Shown here piece by piece: positions 22,701-37,609 of a DNA stretch of 64,000 nucleotides. Origin of the DNA: Enoplolaimus lenunculus. Taxonomy: Eukaryota. The DNA lies in the NCBI GenBank assembly GCA_030248215.1, contig JASANG010000932.1, positions 124,001 to 188,000 on the forward strand, in the 5' to 3' direction. A model generated the notes under the pieces. It was not told where the DNA came from, made no database searches, and saw only the letters and a program-made list of their open reading frames with translations. The number at the start of each line of letters is the position of its first letter. Within the stretch, counting starts at the first letter, position 1. The position numbers and the translations under genes were made by a program.

Positions 22701-25506
22701 ATTATAAACAAAAATGTAACTTCGTAGTTTGTATGACGATAAGTCGAGTGGGGAAAACAAGTTTTAGTCATCATAATGTACTCCATCCCGACGCCCGAAA
22801 AATTGATTATACAGTATTTTAACAGGTTAATATAAAGGCGGAGATATCCTTATATTTTTGTCGTGGTTTCTATGGAGACCTCTCATTATTTTTTAGTAAT
22901 TATTTACAACAACATTGGAGGAGGTAACTTTTCAGAATAGTGTAGGATATTGGAATTTACCTGATAGAGTAATGTGTATATTGTTTATAGTGCAAAAATT
23001 AATGAATCGTGAAATATTTAATTTGTGTATTGTTTTCTGTTGTAGTGTCTGATATTGTCAACATTAAAATTTTGAATTCCGGTGCGTGGTCGCGTACAAG
23101 CAGCGATCGTATTGCGGTCAGTCTTCCGCGTGAACTTGAAGATTTTATTCCGGAGGTGGAAGAATTTTATCGCTCACACCATTCAGGACGAAAACTTCGT
23201 TGGCATCATCATATGTCTAACGGGACGGTAAGTCGAGATTTTTTTAATATTTATGGATGTTGTACTTTATGGTGCATGCTAAATATAAGGCATGCCTACT
23301 AAGCCTAAACCTAAGACAAAACTTAAGTTTAACGCTCGTTAAACATAAAAGCTTAAGCCTTTTCGTTTCTAAATCTCGTCTCCTAGTACGCAGGCGTATA
23401 ATGGCCAACGTTTTAGTCGATTGTCACTCAAGAATGCTCGTATTAGATTTACATTTGCATACGGTGTTGTAGTTTAGAAAAATACACCCTTATTTAATGT
23501 CAGCACCTCCCTTCATGTCTTGCTGTACAGAGTACAATTTGCACGCATGATTGTGTAAAAGCATAAAAAAGTACATAAAAGTTTAGCAACTGATGTAAAC
23601 AAATTATGTGTGCAGTATGCATTACTACTCTACGAATGTTAATGATTTTTTGGGGTTTACAGATTCAATTTAATACTTCACGCGGCAACAAATATGATCT
23701 CGACGTTACAACGTTCCAAATGGCGGTGCTGTTTTGTTGGAATGACCGAGTTCGTGATAAAATTTCGTACGAAAATTTGAAACTCGCCACCCAGTTGCCA
23801 GACGTGGAGCTGAGACGGACGTTATGGGTGAGCAGTACATTTTGGTGGCAGCAGAATAATGTAAAATTTTGTGCTTTATTTTAGTATTGGAGTTTTAACG
23901 ACGTTGCATACTCGATAAATGCATGTGTACATTGCATTTTATTTGTCAATGTATCTCTACCTAAGTAAAATCGTGATCGCGTTCGAAACCGCGGTTTGAA
24001 ACGCGCTTACTCATTTTTGCATGCTGTCGTTAAACCGCAATCAAACGTACTTACACCTATGGCATTTCTTCGGAAAACTGGCCAATGTAAAGAACAGGGG
24101 CGGAACAGTATTATAAGCATATTCCTAAGCCTATGCCAAAGCCAAGCAAAAAATAGTCCAAAGTTCAAGCATACTGTTTTCTAGTTAAACAAAAAACGTT
24201 CCGCACCTGATCTTTACGTGGGCCAGAATACGGAACGCCATTGAAAATATCATGGTTTCCTGTTGCATTTTTATTATTTTTAGTCTTTTTGTCATTATCA
24301 TTTCAGTCACTTGTTGCATTCCCGAAGCTAAAAACACAGTTATTATTGTGTGATTGTGATACTCGAAATCCAAAAGACTTTACCGATATAACACTGTTTT
24401 GGGTCAATTATGACGATTTTTCATTGGTGTATGTCGTATTTTTTCTAACATTCGTTGTTGTTACGTTGTAGTTTGTTGTAAACTTGCGGACAGATACGTT
24501 GTAATCACGATTGCATTTTGCGGTCACGGTTTTATTACCAGTCTGAATTTTCAATTTTGTTTGCTTGCGACCAGTTGTGCCTCGAGTGGCGACTGCAGCT
24601 GCAGTCTTAAAATGTGTGCAGCATCTAATTTCTGGTACAGAATTTGAGGTCAATATTACTATAGTGGTGCTTATTGAAAACCTATTGCTTGTAGGTGCTA
24701 TAATATATGTAGATCTGAGAGTGCTGGCAAGTGTTGTCATTGGATTATATTTAATAAATTCTTAAATTCGTGTTGTAAATTTCAGGATTAAATTCTACGT
24801 ATTTTTGCGTTGTTTTTAGCAAATCGGGAAAACTTCAAAAACGTGGCCGGTTGAATCTGATTGGAAGACTTCAGTTATCCATTGAACAAACAAGAGACGA
24901 TGAAAACGATGCTATTGTACAACTTAGAATATTCAGGGTTCAGGTATTGTTTGCTTAAAGGTTTATGGTAAATGTGAAAATTTGTAGGTATATACTTGAA
25001 CGGAATTGGCAAGTTGCGCTTGTTTATGTATTGATCGTTCGGTGTGCGTTTTTGCTTCAAGTTTTGGTACAACATTCCGAACAAAATTTTCGGGATTTCT
25101 TAAAAAAATAAACCTAAAACAAAGTTTTTGACACTTTACAGATATTATATTTGATAAAAATAGCAAACGAAATATTCTTAAAACTACCCTATTTCGCTTC
25201 ATCTCCGGCTCCGGCAAAGTTTGTTAACCTGTGGTGCCGGTATTTGACCTCCGGTTGCACCATGATGATTAGATAATGATAATATAACGATGTGTATTGG
25301 AATATTTTTAGGAAGCCATCGTTAAAATAATGAAAATGCGTAAACGACTTACTAACGCACAGTTGCAAACTGAACTGGTCGAGATTTTGAAAAATATGTT
25401 TTTGCCATCGCGACAAATGATCAAAGAGCAAATTGAATGGCTCATTGAGAATCGATATATGACTCGAGACGAAGATGACATCAATACATTTTTGTTTCTT
25501 GCATAA
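13768..25506 (+). CDS. CUL5: Cullin-5; exons 13768-13797, 13985-14094, 15056-15155, 15994-16105, 16391-16503, 16632-16773, 17202-17428, 17806-17899, 18476-18606, 19089-19196, 19557-19624, 20428-20569, 21384-21515, 22175-22379, 23046-23227, 23663-23827, 24307-24428, 24820-24943, 25312-25506
   Basis: CUL5-diagnostic peptides KTQPESKCPELLANYCDLLLRK, VLKYVQNKDVFMRYHKAHL, GRKLRWHHHMSNG, SLVAFPKLK and the neddylation region EAIVKIMKMRK...IKEQIEWLIE. Exons sum to 2502 nt (833 aa + stop) with consistent phases. Confidence 0.96.
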
Positions 25507-27129
25507 ATATTGTGACATCTGGCTGCAACCGGATATCTGTCCGGTAAAAATCGCTTGTCTGTTATGCTAATTAGCACGATGTAAACGGATAGTAAAGATA
25601 ACGAAAACGGATAGTGAAGTCAATTGAGGTATGCAATTATTCAGCAATGTCAAATTTTAAAGAAAAGGTGGATGCACTGAAATTTTGGCCCATGTAAAGA
25701 TCAGTGGTGGAGAGTTTTTTGTAGGACTAGAAAAGAGTAAGCTTAAGATTTAGACTAATTTTTTGTTTGGCTTAGGCTTAGGAATAGGCTCATTCTTACT
25801 CTTAGGTTTAGGCTTAGGAATATGCTTATAATACTGCTCCGCCCCTGTTCTTTACATTGGAAGAAACATCTATCCAGAGTCAAGCAATAATACCTTTAAA
25901 ATTATAGGCAAGTTATTGCATTTCAGTTTTATGGTCCTATTGAAGCTGTATCAATTGCTAGCAGGCAAGCAGCTAGAATTCGGCGATATTGTATAATTTT
26001 TACTTCATATCGAACAAATTTCAGCTTATCTGTCAAGAAAAATCCCGAGAGATATTCGTGGTTTATAGCTAATTTTGAACATAAAAATAACATAATTTGC
26101 GGCATTTCTATAACGGAAACGGACACCGATTTTTACCAGAGACGGATACCGATTTTTACCGGAAACGAATATCCGGTTACATCCTGCGAGCAATTGTTCG
26201 ATAAACGATGTTTATCTAAAATCTTAAAAAATTTCGGTGTAATCTCGTATTAAAATTTCATGAAGGACGGTAAATATTTCTATCCGAAACTTTTATTCTC
26301 CAATATCACTTTTCCGTTATTTTCCTATCCGTCAAACACCCTGTTTCACATAAACTTTATTTTAGTAAACATGTCGCAGTTTTAATTATTGGTTATTAGA
26401 AATTATTAACTAAATCGAAATCACCCTACTACGATGATCCTTTGTTGAGCAAGTTTTGTTATCCTTTGCCTACGGAATTTGTAACCTTTGGTTGCACCCT
26501 GTGTCTTACTGAAGGATATATGCTTCGAAAACTTTAGAACACTACACACTGTGCTTTGCGTATTGCTCACATGAATATTTTTTATTTTGTGACTTAGCCA
26601 GAAAATTTTTCATGCCTGGAATACACATGAGCGTCGGAATTGCTTACGATGTGCACTGAGTAAATATGTTTTGCCCAGAGTTTTTTACGAGGTTAAAATA
26701 TAAACCCCCCGGAAAAATTACACCAAAGCGTGTTTTCGCCCCCCCTCCCGGAAAGATTCACTAGCTTATTGGCATTCCCCCCGGAAAAATTCAACTGGCT
26801 GTGATAGTTTTCCCCAGTGGAATTTAGCCCCCTCCCCGAAAAACAGCTAGTTTGGCATCTTTCTTCTTAGAAATTGAAATTTTTTCATCATATCCTAGCG
26901 CTCTGCAAGCGTTTGGTTCAAACAATTCGAAGAATAAGCAATATATAATTCTAAATTTTGTTGTAAATGTCGTCCCCAAAATATCTTTCTGCAATGGCGC
27001 TAGCGGTCGCTATTTGCCCTTTTATGCCGTCCGCCGTCATGTTTGCATCGGGGATATATTACAAACTACAGACATATAATGACGAACTTTGCCTTTTGTA
27101 GCTCATGTACTGAAGAGGTCTCTCCCAAA

Positions 27130-27830
27130 AACCGCGGAAATTACCCGGGAAATTGGGATATTGGGCACAGAGTTTTTCGGTCGGGAAATTGGGATTTGGG
27201 CGCAGTGTTTTTCGCTCGGAATTTTGGAAAATTCGGATATTACCCGGGAAATTGGGATTTCTTGCGCAGCGTTTCTCGCTCGGAATTTTGGGCAATTGGG
27301 ATGTTGGGCGCAGCGTTTTTCCTCGGGATTTTGAGAAATTCGGATATTACTCGGGAAATTGGGATTTTGAGAAATTCGGATATTACTCGGGAAATTGGGA
27401 TTTCGATCGCAGCGTTTTACGCTCGGGATTTTGGGAAATTGGGATATTACCCGGGAAATTGGGATTTTGGGCGCAACTATTTGTTCGGGATTTTGGGAAA
27501 CTGAGATACCAGGGAAATTGGGATTTTGGGACCAGCGTTTTTCGATCGGGATTTTGGGACCAGCGTTTTTCGATCGGGATTTTGGGAAATTCTAATATTA
27601 ACCGGGAAATTGGGATTTTGGGCGCAGCCTCATTTGCTCGGGATTTTAGGAAATAGGATATTACCCGGGAAACTGAAATTTTGGGCTCAGCGTTTTTCGC
27701 TCGGGATTTTGTGAAGATGGAGTTTGGGAAATTGGTAAATTACCCGGGAAATTGGGAGTTTGGGAAATTCTCATATTAACCTAAATTTGAGATTTTGGGC
27801 CCAGCCTTTTCGATAGGGATTGCAGGAAAT
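27130..27830. repeat. G-rich complex repeat built from TTACCCGGGAAATTGGGATTTTGGG units
   Basis: More than 10 diverged units; enclosed by inverted CCGCCGTCATG (about 27031) / CATGATGGCGG (about 27848). Confidence 0.85.
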
Positions 27831-29808
27831 TAAAAACCCTACTTACGCATGATGGCGGCAAACACCCTCCAAACATCCCGCCGTACACAGTTTTTCTACT
27901 AATGCAGCACAAATACACCATAAACAATTTTGTTCAAATAATTATCCTTTAGTATTAGGGTTTCGTGGTAATCCTCGCTGAGGACGCGATGAAAAAATTA
28001 TTTATTTACACGAGTTTCTCTAGTGCGGTGGTATAAAATGTACCAATTTGGCTACGCATGGGCTGAGCACCCCGGATGCCATTTGTCCATGGACCGGTCA
28101 AGATTACGCTGAAATCTAAACCTACACTAAACTTGAACCTTAACACACCTACATTCGGCTCTAAGCTCAGATTAAACCTGAGCCTAAACGTAAACTTCTG
28201 AATAAGCTTAAGACTGAGACTAAAGCCTAAGCCGGAGCCTGAATCTAAGCATTAGCCTAAGCGGATTCCGGTTATCTTTGGTTTTATTTGGATTTCGCAA
28301 GGAAAATTTGATATCCAAAATATATAATACCGATTAATACAGTAATACATGTAAACCTTTGACGATACAGCACTTACCGTTAAACGAATTTCCGACTTAA
28401 TAAAATGAGCACTATAGAGACTGGAGAAGGCCCGTTCACAGCGGAAATAGCAGCACAAGCACAAATTTTCGCATTGAATAATAACAATACCGGTTATCGT
28501 TAAAATTACCTTAGGCTTAGGAATATGCTTATACATACTACTGTTCCGCAAACTGCACAAAGTATACGTGGGCCCATGTTTTTCGTTTCGTGAAGCACCC
28601 AGCGAGAAGCGGTTAAGCTCAAAATGTAGAAACTACGAAAATGGCACATCGACAGTTTATTACAGTAAATCTAACCAATCAAAAAATAATCTTTAAGCAG
28701 GGAACCACCACGGCTAAGTACGGAATACTTTGATTGCTTATTGATCCTACAGTAATCTGCCTAGCATCAGACCCAAAATTCATAAATGTCTGGTTAAATT
28801 CCCGCACCAGTGTTGCCTTGAACGGCTTTACCCTTACTGAAACAATGATTCCTAATAAATTACTCACACTATCTATATTCAGCCTCAGTGGTATTCTAAC
28901 ATCTGCCAACTGTACAAAAAACACAATGCCGTAGCCCACAAAAAGCAAAACACAAAACTGTGACAAAATAGCGGTGAGATTTAAAAAATCTTGCACGTCA
29001 ACACACCAGGGTTGGCTTTTTTCCGGATAAATTGAATCGACCGGGAAAAGAAGTTTTTCCGTGTCTTCAGGGAAAACGGAAAAATTGATAATGATACTAA
29101 TGCTTGAACCAATATTTTGTACAAAGGTTTAGTACTAAAATGGCGTTTGGCTTCTGGCTCGCTTCGCTCACGAGTGCTTCCAATATATCTCGTGCAATCC
29201 CCCATTTGTGAGTTTCCTGAATCGCTGCTGGGCGTGATGTACTAAGATTATAATAAAGTTTTTTTTGCGTTTTTCCAACCTTCGGAAAAACCAGAAAAAA
29301 ATTGGAAAAAACGGTGTTTGCGTTGGTTTTTTCCGATGCCAAACACCTGCGGAACACACTGTAAACAAACAATACGAAATAAAATCATATTACAGCAAAA
29401 ACATAAAAAATATTATACTTTCAAAACAGATCTATCTATAAGTTGATACACTTATGGTTGCCACTATCGTGTCCCTTGCAACGGATACTAAAGTGTAGGC
29501 GACACCAATTATGCTCATGTCCTTTGAGCATCGACAATCAAACGTTTAAAAAGTACAATAGCGATTGGACAAGGCCGCTCACATATGCGACTTGAACTAT
29601 CCGCAATGTATAACCAAGTTTCGCTGCAATTACAAAATAGCTAATAACGTAATAATTACACGCAATCGCGATTATTGCGTAGTTATTTCTATCAGCGACA
29701 TGTAGTAAAGTGGGGGTGCTATACAACACTTTACGTTTCGCTTACTTCTAAAACTAGTTTATTTTGTAGGTAGATGACTAGTGATATTTCGGATCTAACA
29801 ATCAGCAA

Positions 29809-32800
29809 CTACTGTATAGTTATGTTCCGATTTCTTTCATCCAAATACCACGGAGAATACACGCAGGATACCATCGCGCAGTACCACGGATCTGAATACA
29901 CCGTTATCGAGCACCAACTTTTGTCAAATTTCGGCTGCAAAGCTTGAGTAGGAAGTTCAATGAACAAAATTCCAGCGAGCATCAACCCGATTGACCAGAG
30001 ATAATAGCGAGCGCAACCCAACCGACAGCATAAACGAAAACAACGATATGCCGAAAATAAGAATTGAAACCACAACATCGGGATATGAAACCATAAACCT
30101 AAAAACAAAATAATAAAATGACAAAGTATAACCAACAACGTTGAACAAAAATGAAATTAAATTAAATCAAACGGAAATGTTATAAAAAGCTTCTCGTTGA
30201 AAGGTTGTCTAATTTCTGCACGACTGGGTATTCATATAATGTGTTTATAAAAAACACAATCACAATACACTGGTAAGGGCGTTGCCATGGGTAAAGTTTC
30301 AGTTGTCAAGCCTCCCCCCTCCAAAATATTTGTACAGGCTTTTAGACATAATTTCAACTTGCAGCACAAGAACCCCCCTTCGAAATTTTTTTGAAACGTA
30401 CACATCCTCCAATTCCAAATTTAAGTCATATATAGAACACAGGCGCACCGTTTTTCCATGGGACTGCTATGTAATAAGCTTGAACTTTGACTATGATTAA
30501 GCTTAGGCTTAGGTATAGGCTTATCCTTACGCTTAGGTTTAGGAAGCTTACAACACTGTTATGGTCTATACATTGGCCGAAATTATAATGAAACGTAACC
30601 CACGTCCCAAAACCCTCGTTACGCCATGCACATTAATAACTGGTACACACTTACCCTTGAGCAGCAAAGCAAGCTTCCACGTATCATCTTCGCGACTAGT
30701 ATCAAGAGCTTTGTGAAATAATCCAACAACCAACGAAAGCGAAATTCGCAAACGAAGCACATGAATGCCCAAATGAATTGCGGTCGCTAAGTTCTTTTGC
30801 CATTTTGGACTCTGTATATAGTACAACACAATTAAGTATAAATTCACAATACAATTGAAATCTGTATACACAAAATGTTTATATCCAAAAAATCGCACAT
30901 ATGTGATCACCAGTTTAAATTTTAAAACTGAATCCGCAGCCACAAAAAAGTTCTTCTAAAGCTATTTGCACTTCATATACCTGTACTTCCGTGTCAAAAA
31001 CACAATTACAAACAAAACTACATAAATGTACACTAAACTCCCAAAAAATCCCTAAACGCGAAAAAGATACGTACGAACACTACCCTATTTGAAATAACCA
31101 ACCTCATAATACTTGGTATCTTTTCTCGTCAAAATATATCTTGTTTTCGCCCATTTCCGTTTTTCACAATCATCGGCCGCTTTGCCAATCATGTCAGCGA
31201 CCAAATCTACATCGCCTAAATCTGGCTCATTTTCGTCATCGACTGTAGGCGGCATCCGTTCTGACTTGTCGTCTTTAATCCTATCATTAATATTTTCAGC
31301 GTTGTCCGTATCCTACAATTGAAATAAATACTGCATTTTATAAAACACACCTAAACTTTAAATCGTGGTCCAAGCAAAAATACGTAATACACTACCACAA
31401 CCAACAATCGGTGCAATGGAACACAATAGCATTTCATTTTATCGAAGTATATACACTCACTACTCAGCAGTGATCATTGTGTTGTATGTCAGTCGGGAGC
31501 ATACGTGTCGACATATTATAGTCGAAGGGAAAGCAGTTCCGGCAGGGATGGGCGGTCTCGGTTAAATACCGAGACAGAGACCTGACTACCGAGAGCGGCT
31601 TATTAAAATATCGATCTCGGTCAATTTTTCGTCATCACCGAAAGAAAAAAATTTTAACATATTATATTTCCAATGCTTTATTGTAGTTTTTTGGTTTTTC
31701 ATAGTTCTTGTTTGTATTTTTCGTAGTTTTTTGTGTTTTCATGAATATCTGCTTGTAATTATTGCGTAACTATGAAACTTGATAATTTCGCGGAGACATT
31801 TTATTCATCAGCCATCACTTACTTCAACAATGCACGCATACATTTGCTGAATCCTCGACTTCTGGCCTCGGTTTCAAACCACCGAGACTCAACAAACCGA
31901 GACCGAGATCTATCAAATACCGAGACTTGCCGAGACCGAGAGTCCCATCTTTGCTACTCAGGATTATTTCGGCCAACATTTTAACATGCTTTCCCTCATG
32001 TCATGTCAGCGTTTTCAATGTTCAGCTATACCCCCGTCCGCATAACAATTTGTAAATAAAAATTTTGTGACTTGCGGCGTCGGTCATACACATACTTACA
32101 TACTTACCAGTTCAATCACAGTCGGATACATTTTCATCGAAACCGACTTTCCGGCTCTGTTTCCACGGCAGCCTGCAGCATCTCCTGCGCCACCAACGGC
32201 ACCTGACTCTTGGCTGTCATTTAAATTTTGAGTTAATCCTGTCGTTTTCTGATCAGAATGTCGTTGCGTTTTTGATTCCGATTCCTCGTCCGTTGTATTG
32301 AGATCATCATTTTGCGTTGATTTTAGCTCGCGGAGCTCTGTAGACTCTGGACAGTTATTCTGAAAGCACAATTACGAACATTTTATGTAAACACCAACTA
32401 ATACGTACATATTTTTTACGTAATACATAAACTTTTGTACGTAATATTATAACGGCACGAAATTGGGTGCAACTGGAATTCACAACTTGTTAACATACGA
32501 CATTTTACCATAAAGCGTTAAACTATTTTTAGAGAAACTCTTTAAATCTCTTGGACTTCGCTAACGTCGAGCTCTTACTATAAGTTCAAAAATAAGAATG
32601 CTCAAAACTACCAAAATTACCAAGCTTACCACCATTATCATTACAAAACATACGCTTACTTTATTGCCTTCCGCACCACTCTGTGTATGAGTATACCGCC
32701 ACAGTTTTCGGCCCAACAAAAACAACAACCAGAAAACGTCATTTTTTCGCAACGGCAACAAACAGCACGCGATTGAAAAATGAGCCAACAATGTAACGAC

Positions 32801-32817
32801 GTCCAGACATTTCCAAA
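29809..32817 (-). CDS. Uncharacterised multi-exon gene: acidic/disordered middle, hydrophobic C-terminal region (possible membrane protein)
   Basis: Phase-compatible candidate exons about 32817-32660, 32359-32108, 31311-31103, 30811-30655 and 30097-29809 (…NNCPESTELRELK…DTDNAENINDRIKDD…SPKWQKNLATAIHLG…GLWFHIPMLWFQFLF…). Possible tiny upstream exons at 33410-33387 and 33281-33267. No family recognised; both ends uncertain. Confidence 0.5.
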
Positions 32818-35283
32818 CTTGAAAATAAATACATCCAGAGCTCATTGATAACATCCACAAAATCCAAGATAGTACAAAACTAAAGATGCGTGATCCGAAC
32901 AAAAACGTCAAACAGCAACGAAAACAATCCATTTCGTTTTAATTTCGATGATTCATTAAAAAATTTGATTCACAGAAATCATCGGCACAAAATATACTGT
33001 CGCCCAATGAAAATTCTTACCCAACCATCAAAATGTCATGTATTCAATGTACTGTAGTAACATTAGATATATATTATTATGGCTTCTGCTTATGTACAAT
33101 TTACGGTTTTTATTTTAAGCCATTGTTTTTTCTGAAACAATCATGACAAATATACTGCATGCAACTTCCATTCGAATCAACCATACACCAACTCTTAGCA
33201 TCTTCATATTAAAACTGCACCAGTAACAGTCCCCTGGCACGGGACGTGTATATCTTGGCCACGCACCTACATGTTCAGTGCCTAAAATATAACACGTATT
33301 CATCACATCAAAACTGTTGTCTAGGGTTGCCAGATCCCAAAATCCAACTTCAGATCAAGAATGCCACTCCCGATACAGATTCTTACTTTCAAATTTTGCC
33401 GATGTCAAACCTACATATGCAATTAAATTTAATCCAATCATGCTTTAAGGAATGTTAGGATTACTAAATTACATTGCCATAAACGCAGACCTAAAACCTA
33501 ACAAGGGAAAACAACTACTGTTTAATTTCGCTCAATTTCATTAGTGTGCACATAAAAGCGTCGTATTAACGATAGGGGTGCATCAATGAGGGCATTCACA
33601 AAAGGGAAACGAATATTTCATGCCGATTTTTTAACGGGTCGCTTCTTTGACACAATAGTACCATAAAATGTGGACGCCATGCAAATGAGCATTTTCATGC
33701 GATGCCGGCAATTTGGATATTAAAACTGACCAGACTGACAATTGTATTATTTGGTGCGCTTGGCTTGTAGTACTCCTTTGCAGATTTTTACTTCTTGTTG
33801 CACCCTAACGCCAGACGCAAGCATAACGCGGCCAAACTTGGACAGCGCTCGTTCGAGCATTCATGTTTTCTGTTGCATTCCGCACCGCTCCAAAAACAAT
33901 GCTTATTGAAACACACGACAACGCGTTCACAAGCATTTACTCTAATAAAGCATTTACTGTAAGATATTTTATCCAAAACTGCATAATCGTTGCTCAAACA
34001 GTACATGTACCAAATATTCACCATTAGTCGGCGTTTGTCCACAAATGCTTGAATTTTAAATCTTTTTTCATATTTGAGCTTCTGATCTTGATCATTCCAT
34101 GCCAAAATCTGAATTTTCGAGAAATTGTCAGCCCCTATAACTCGTTAGCCAGACGTCTGATTGGAGAACATTTATATTCATTTTTAGCTATTGGTATATA
34201 AATCGCCTAATTTTTCGACAAGAAATTTTGGGTCCAAGGGGGAATTTGTAATCTTAAAACTTCAAATTTTGTAAAAATTTAAATTTGGGCGTAGAATAAT
34301 CGGGGGAGGTTATCAGAACATCAAAAACTCATGAAATGGAGCGAGCTAAACAAGTCCCACTTTTTGAAAGTGTATATAAATTCCAAAACACTTTTGGGTT
34401 ACATTTGACATGAGGGCCTCTCAAATGCTGCAACCTCGCTAGCAAAGCGTGGTTGAAGCAGATGTATTCTTGTGTTAAATCATACGGTAAAATTCAAAGT
34501 GTTCAATTTTGAGCGCCCTAACTTTGGCCCCACTGTCGACGAAACTTTCTGAGCGAACCGAACGAGATGCGTATGTAGTTTTAGTTTTACATTAGATCTT
34601 AGTCGAATTTGACTCTGGCGGAGTCGAATTTGACTCAGCTTGTGTAGTCCGGAAAAGCCGATTTAAGAAACCGCAGTTTAAAAAAATACCGGCAACGGAA
34701 CCGGAAAATGAAAGTACATTCCACCGAAAATTTTCCATTTTTGCAATATTGTTGGTGAACCCTAGTTGGAGATAGGTATCTCCTTTATCTGCTGTATTTT
34801 ACATTTTCGTAATCCACGCAAGCGAAATCTACCTTCGATGGTTTTTTCTTGGCGATTGTCAAGGTCTGTATACTGTACTAATGAAATCTAGTTAAATTTT
34901 ATCGTCATTTCGTAGCCAAATACCTTAATTTCCACAGACCAAATTTTAATACCGGAATTTTTAATTTCAGTAAAAATTTATCGAAAACGCAAGGTGAAAA
35001 AATTCCGGAACCGGAAATCCGGATGTATAATGGTACGCGCATTTAAAACTTTTCACAAATCGCTTTGAAACAATAACGGCGTATGCTCTTCGCACAGAAA
35101 GAATGAGATTCTATACTTTGATAAGTACTATGACTGCCAATTATAAAAGATCCGTCAACTACATAGGTCAATAAATATTAAAATACAAATCAGCACATTT
35201 TTAACTTTGAGTTGCAATGGGCAGTCTTCATCGAAATGTACGTTTCCGCGAGATCAAAAACATGGTGAAATCGAATTTCAGAT

Positions 35284-37577
35284 TCAATCTTTACGTCTCA
35301 TTTTCCTAAAAACGGTAAAAAATACGGAATGACAAAAAATCAAAAACTTGCAGGCGAACACTAAATCTACCACGTACGTACGTACAATAATATTAATTTT
35401 TCTAAAATACAAAAACATCCCCTTGAAATTTTTTATTCGTAAATTCCGAAAATAACTAACGAGCGACACTATATTCTTTGAGAATACAGGTCACCTTCAC
35501 AACTTTCACTTACATTTTTAATGGAGGCTCTTTGTAGCTCACACCAGCTGCAGCACGTCTAGACCTTGTTTTGTCGTTTGAAAGATCGCCGGAACTGTCG
35601 TCACCCAAACTGGATGTTCTAAAATAATTAAAAACGATATTTCATAGCAAACCACTAGACAGAAAACATTAAAATGCTACATCGATTAAAATTTTTCTTT
35701 GCCTTAAAAATTTCACAAAGCTTCAAAAAATACTTGTCACTGTTGACAAGTGGGCGTCACCAAACACCAATAATACACTGTTTCAAGACAAGCAGAATAT
35801 CTACTTGAGAGTAAATCAAACTGAAACGGAAAACTAACCTGGAACTAATCCTACTTGAATTTTGGCTGAGTCTTAATTGACCTCCAACCCCATGTAAATC
35901 GTTTGATTTCAGCCTTGGCTTTTTCAGCAATTTATTCGTCATTTCTTGTACAATCACAGTTGCGGTTGTTGGAGCATTTTCAGTCTCGGATGCAGTAGCT
36001 TCTCCTGAATCTTTGCTTTCAAGCGCTAATTTTTGCAAATTTATTGAGGTTTGCTTTCCAGATTTCTGCTTCTTCGCTGGAGATTTATGTCCTACTTTAT
36101 CGTCCGTAGATAAAAGTTCCGTCGTTATACTATCATCGCTAGACATCGAAGCACGCTTAAGTTGCTTGTTATTCATTCCAGTTGCATTATTAGTCTCCGT
36201 TTTACCATTCTTAACCCCAACTCCGAGCTTGGCCACCTTTACCGACTTTCGGCTAACAACTTTTCTCTCAACAGACCTATTCGAATCTTTCAACAATGGA
36301 ATCTTGGCAAGCTTTTCGGCAGCAACCTTATCAGCAGCACTCGGTTCTTGAACAACAGATCGACCATCTTTCCTCAAGTTTTTAGTTCTACCTGCAGATG
36401 TTTCCACTCCCATACTTCTCTTCTTGGTAACTGAAGTCAAAACCGGTACAACTACAAACGTTTCTCGTCGATCCTCCGCTGAAAGCCTATTCTGTCTATC
36501 GTCATCACCTTGACAGCTTACAAAGATTCTTTCATGGCTTGAACCGTCAACTTTCTTTTCCCTATCCAAATCTAACAGTTTGTCACCTGGCAGATCAAGC
36601 GACCCAGCGCTCTGAGACCGTCTATTTACTCTGCTACTCGACCTTAAATTTTCCGATATTTTATCGCTAGAAACATTCTCGATTTTTCCACCCATTTTCT
36701 TATTTTCTTTCGTCTCCCCTATTGTCTTAGTAAACCCATGGTCTAAAACATCAGGAATCGCTGAAATACTTGGGCGATAAGGTTCAATAGGTTGTGTTGC
36801 ATTAAACGTCAGCTCATAAACATCAGGGGCTTTGGACTGTGTCTTAGCACAAACCTTCAATTTATCCACCCTTTTCGAATTCCCTAAGCCAGAATCATGT
36901 TTCACACCATGCTTTGCATCAGCAGGTTTCTGCTTAGGTCGGGGTTTTTTAATGGTTTCGCAATCAACGTACGATTCATCCGCTGATGACTGCGCAGTTG
37001 GTTTGCATGAATTCTTAATTGTATCGTCGTCAATTTGTTCTATCTAAAAGCAAAATCCTGCAGCTTAAAGCATCACTGATAACGAATCAGAATTAAGTTC
37101 TTTTTTGGAACGAAAACCAAAATTTTAAATAAATTTCTTATCGAACACTTATTATTTTAGTCTATAGACTAAAGAAAATATAAAATTTTAACAAACATTC
37201 AAAGTTATATACATGCGTAGTACTCGTTTCGACAACCACAATCCGGCGGACATAACTCTGTCGACCATCCAGCCTTATTAGTTAAATTGGCAATCACATT
37301 CAAAAGACACTTAACAATATTTCGACATTCAAAAACTTAACATTTTCCAGAAATATACTTTGAATTTTGCAATAAAAACAAACAGTTAACTTTAAAAAAT
37401 TAAAGTTGCCGAATACAAAGTTTCGCACAAAATTGTTTCTAGACTTCGATATCACCGCAATTCTGATAGTAGGTGGTTTTGAAGAGATATATTCCTAATA
37501 AATAATAATAATAATAATAATAATAAACAATAATAATACTAACAATAATAATAATAATGATAATCATATTAATAATA

Positions 37578-37609
<32 letters not shown>

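Noticed and set aside
27043..27714. Overlapping long ORFs (GNWDF / GILG repeats)
   Set aside because: Produced by the G-rich repeat; open in several frames, no splice context.
29860..29872. GTATCCTG on the minus strand as a possible U12-type donor
   Set aside because: Imperfect match to GTATCCTT and no downstream TCCTTAAC branch site found; the ORF continues to a stop.
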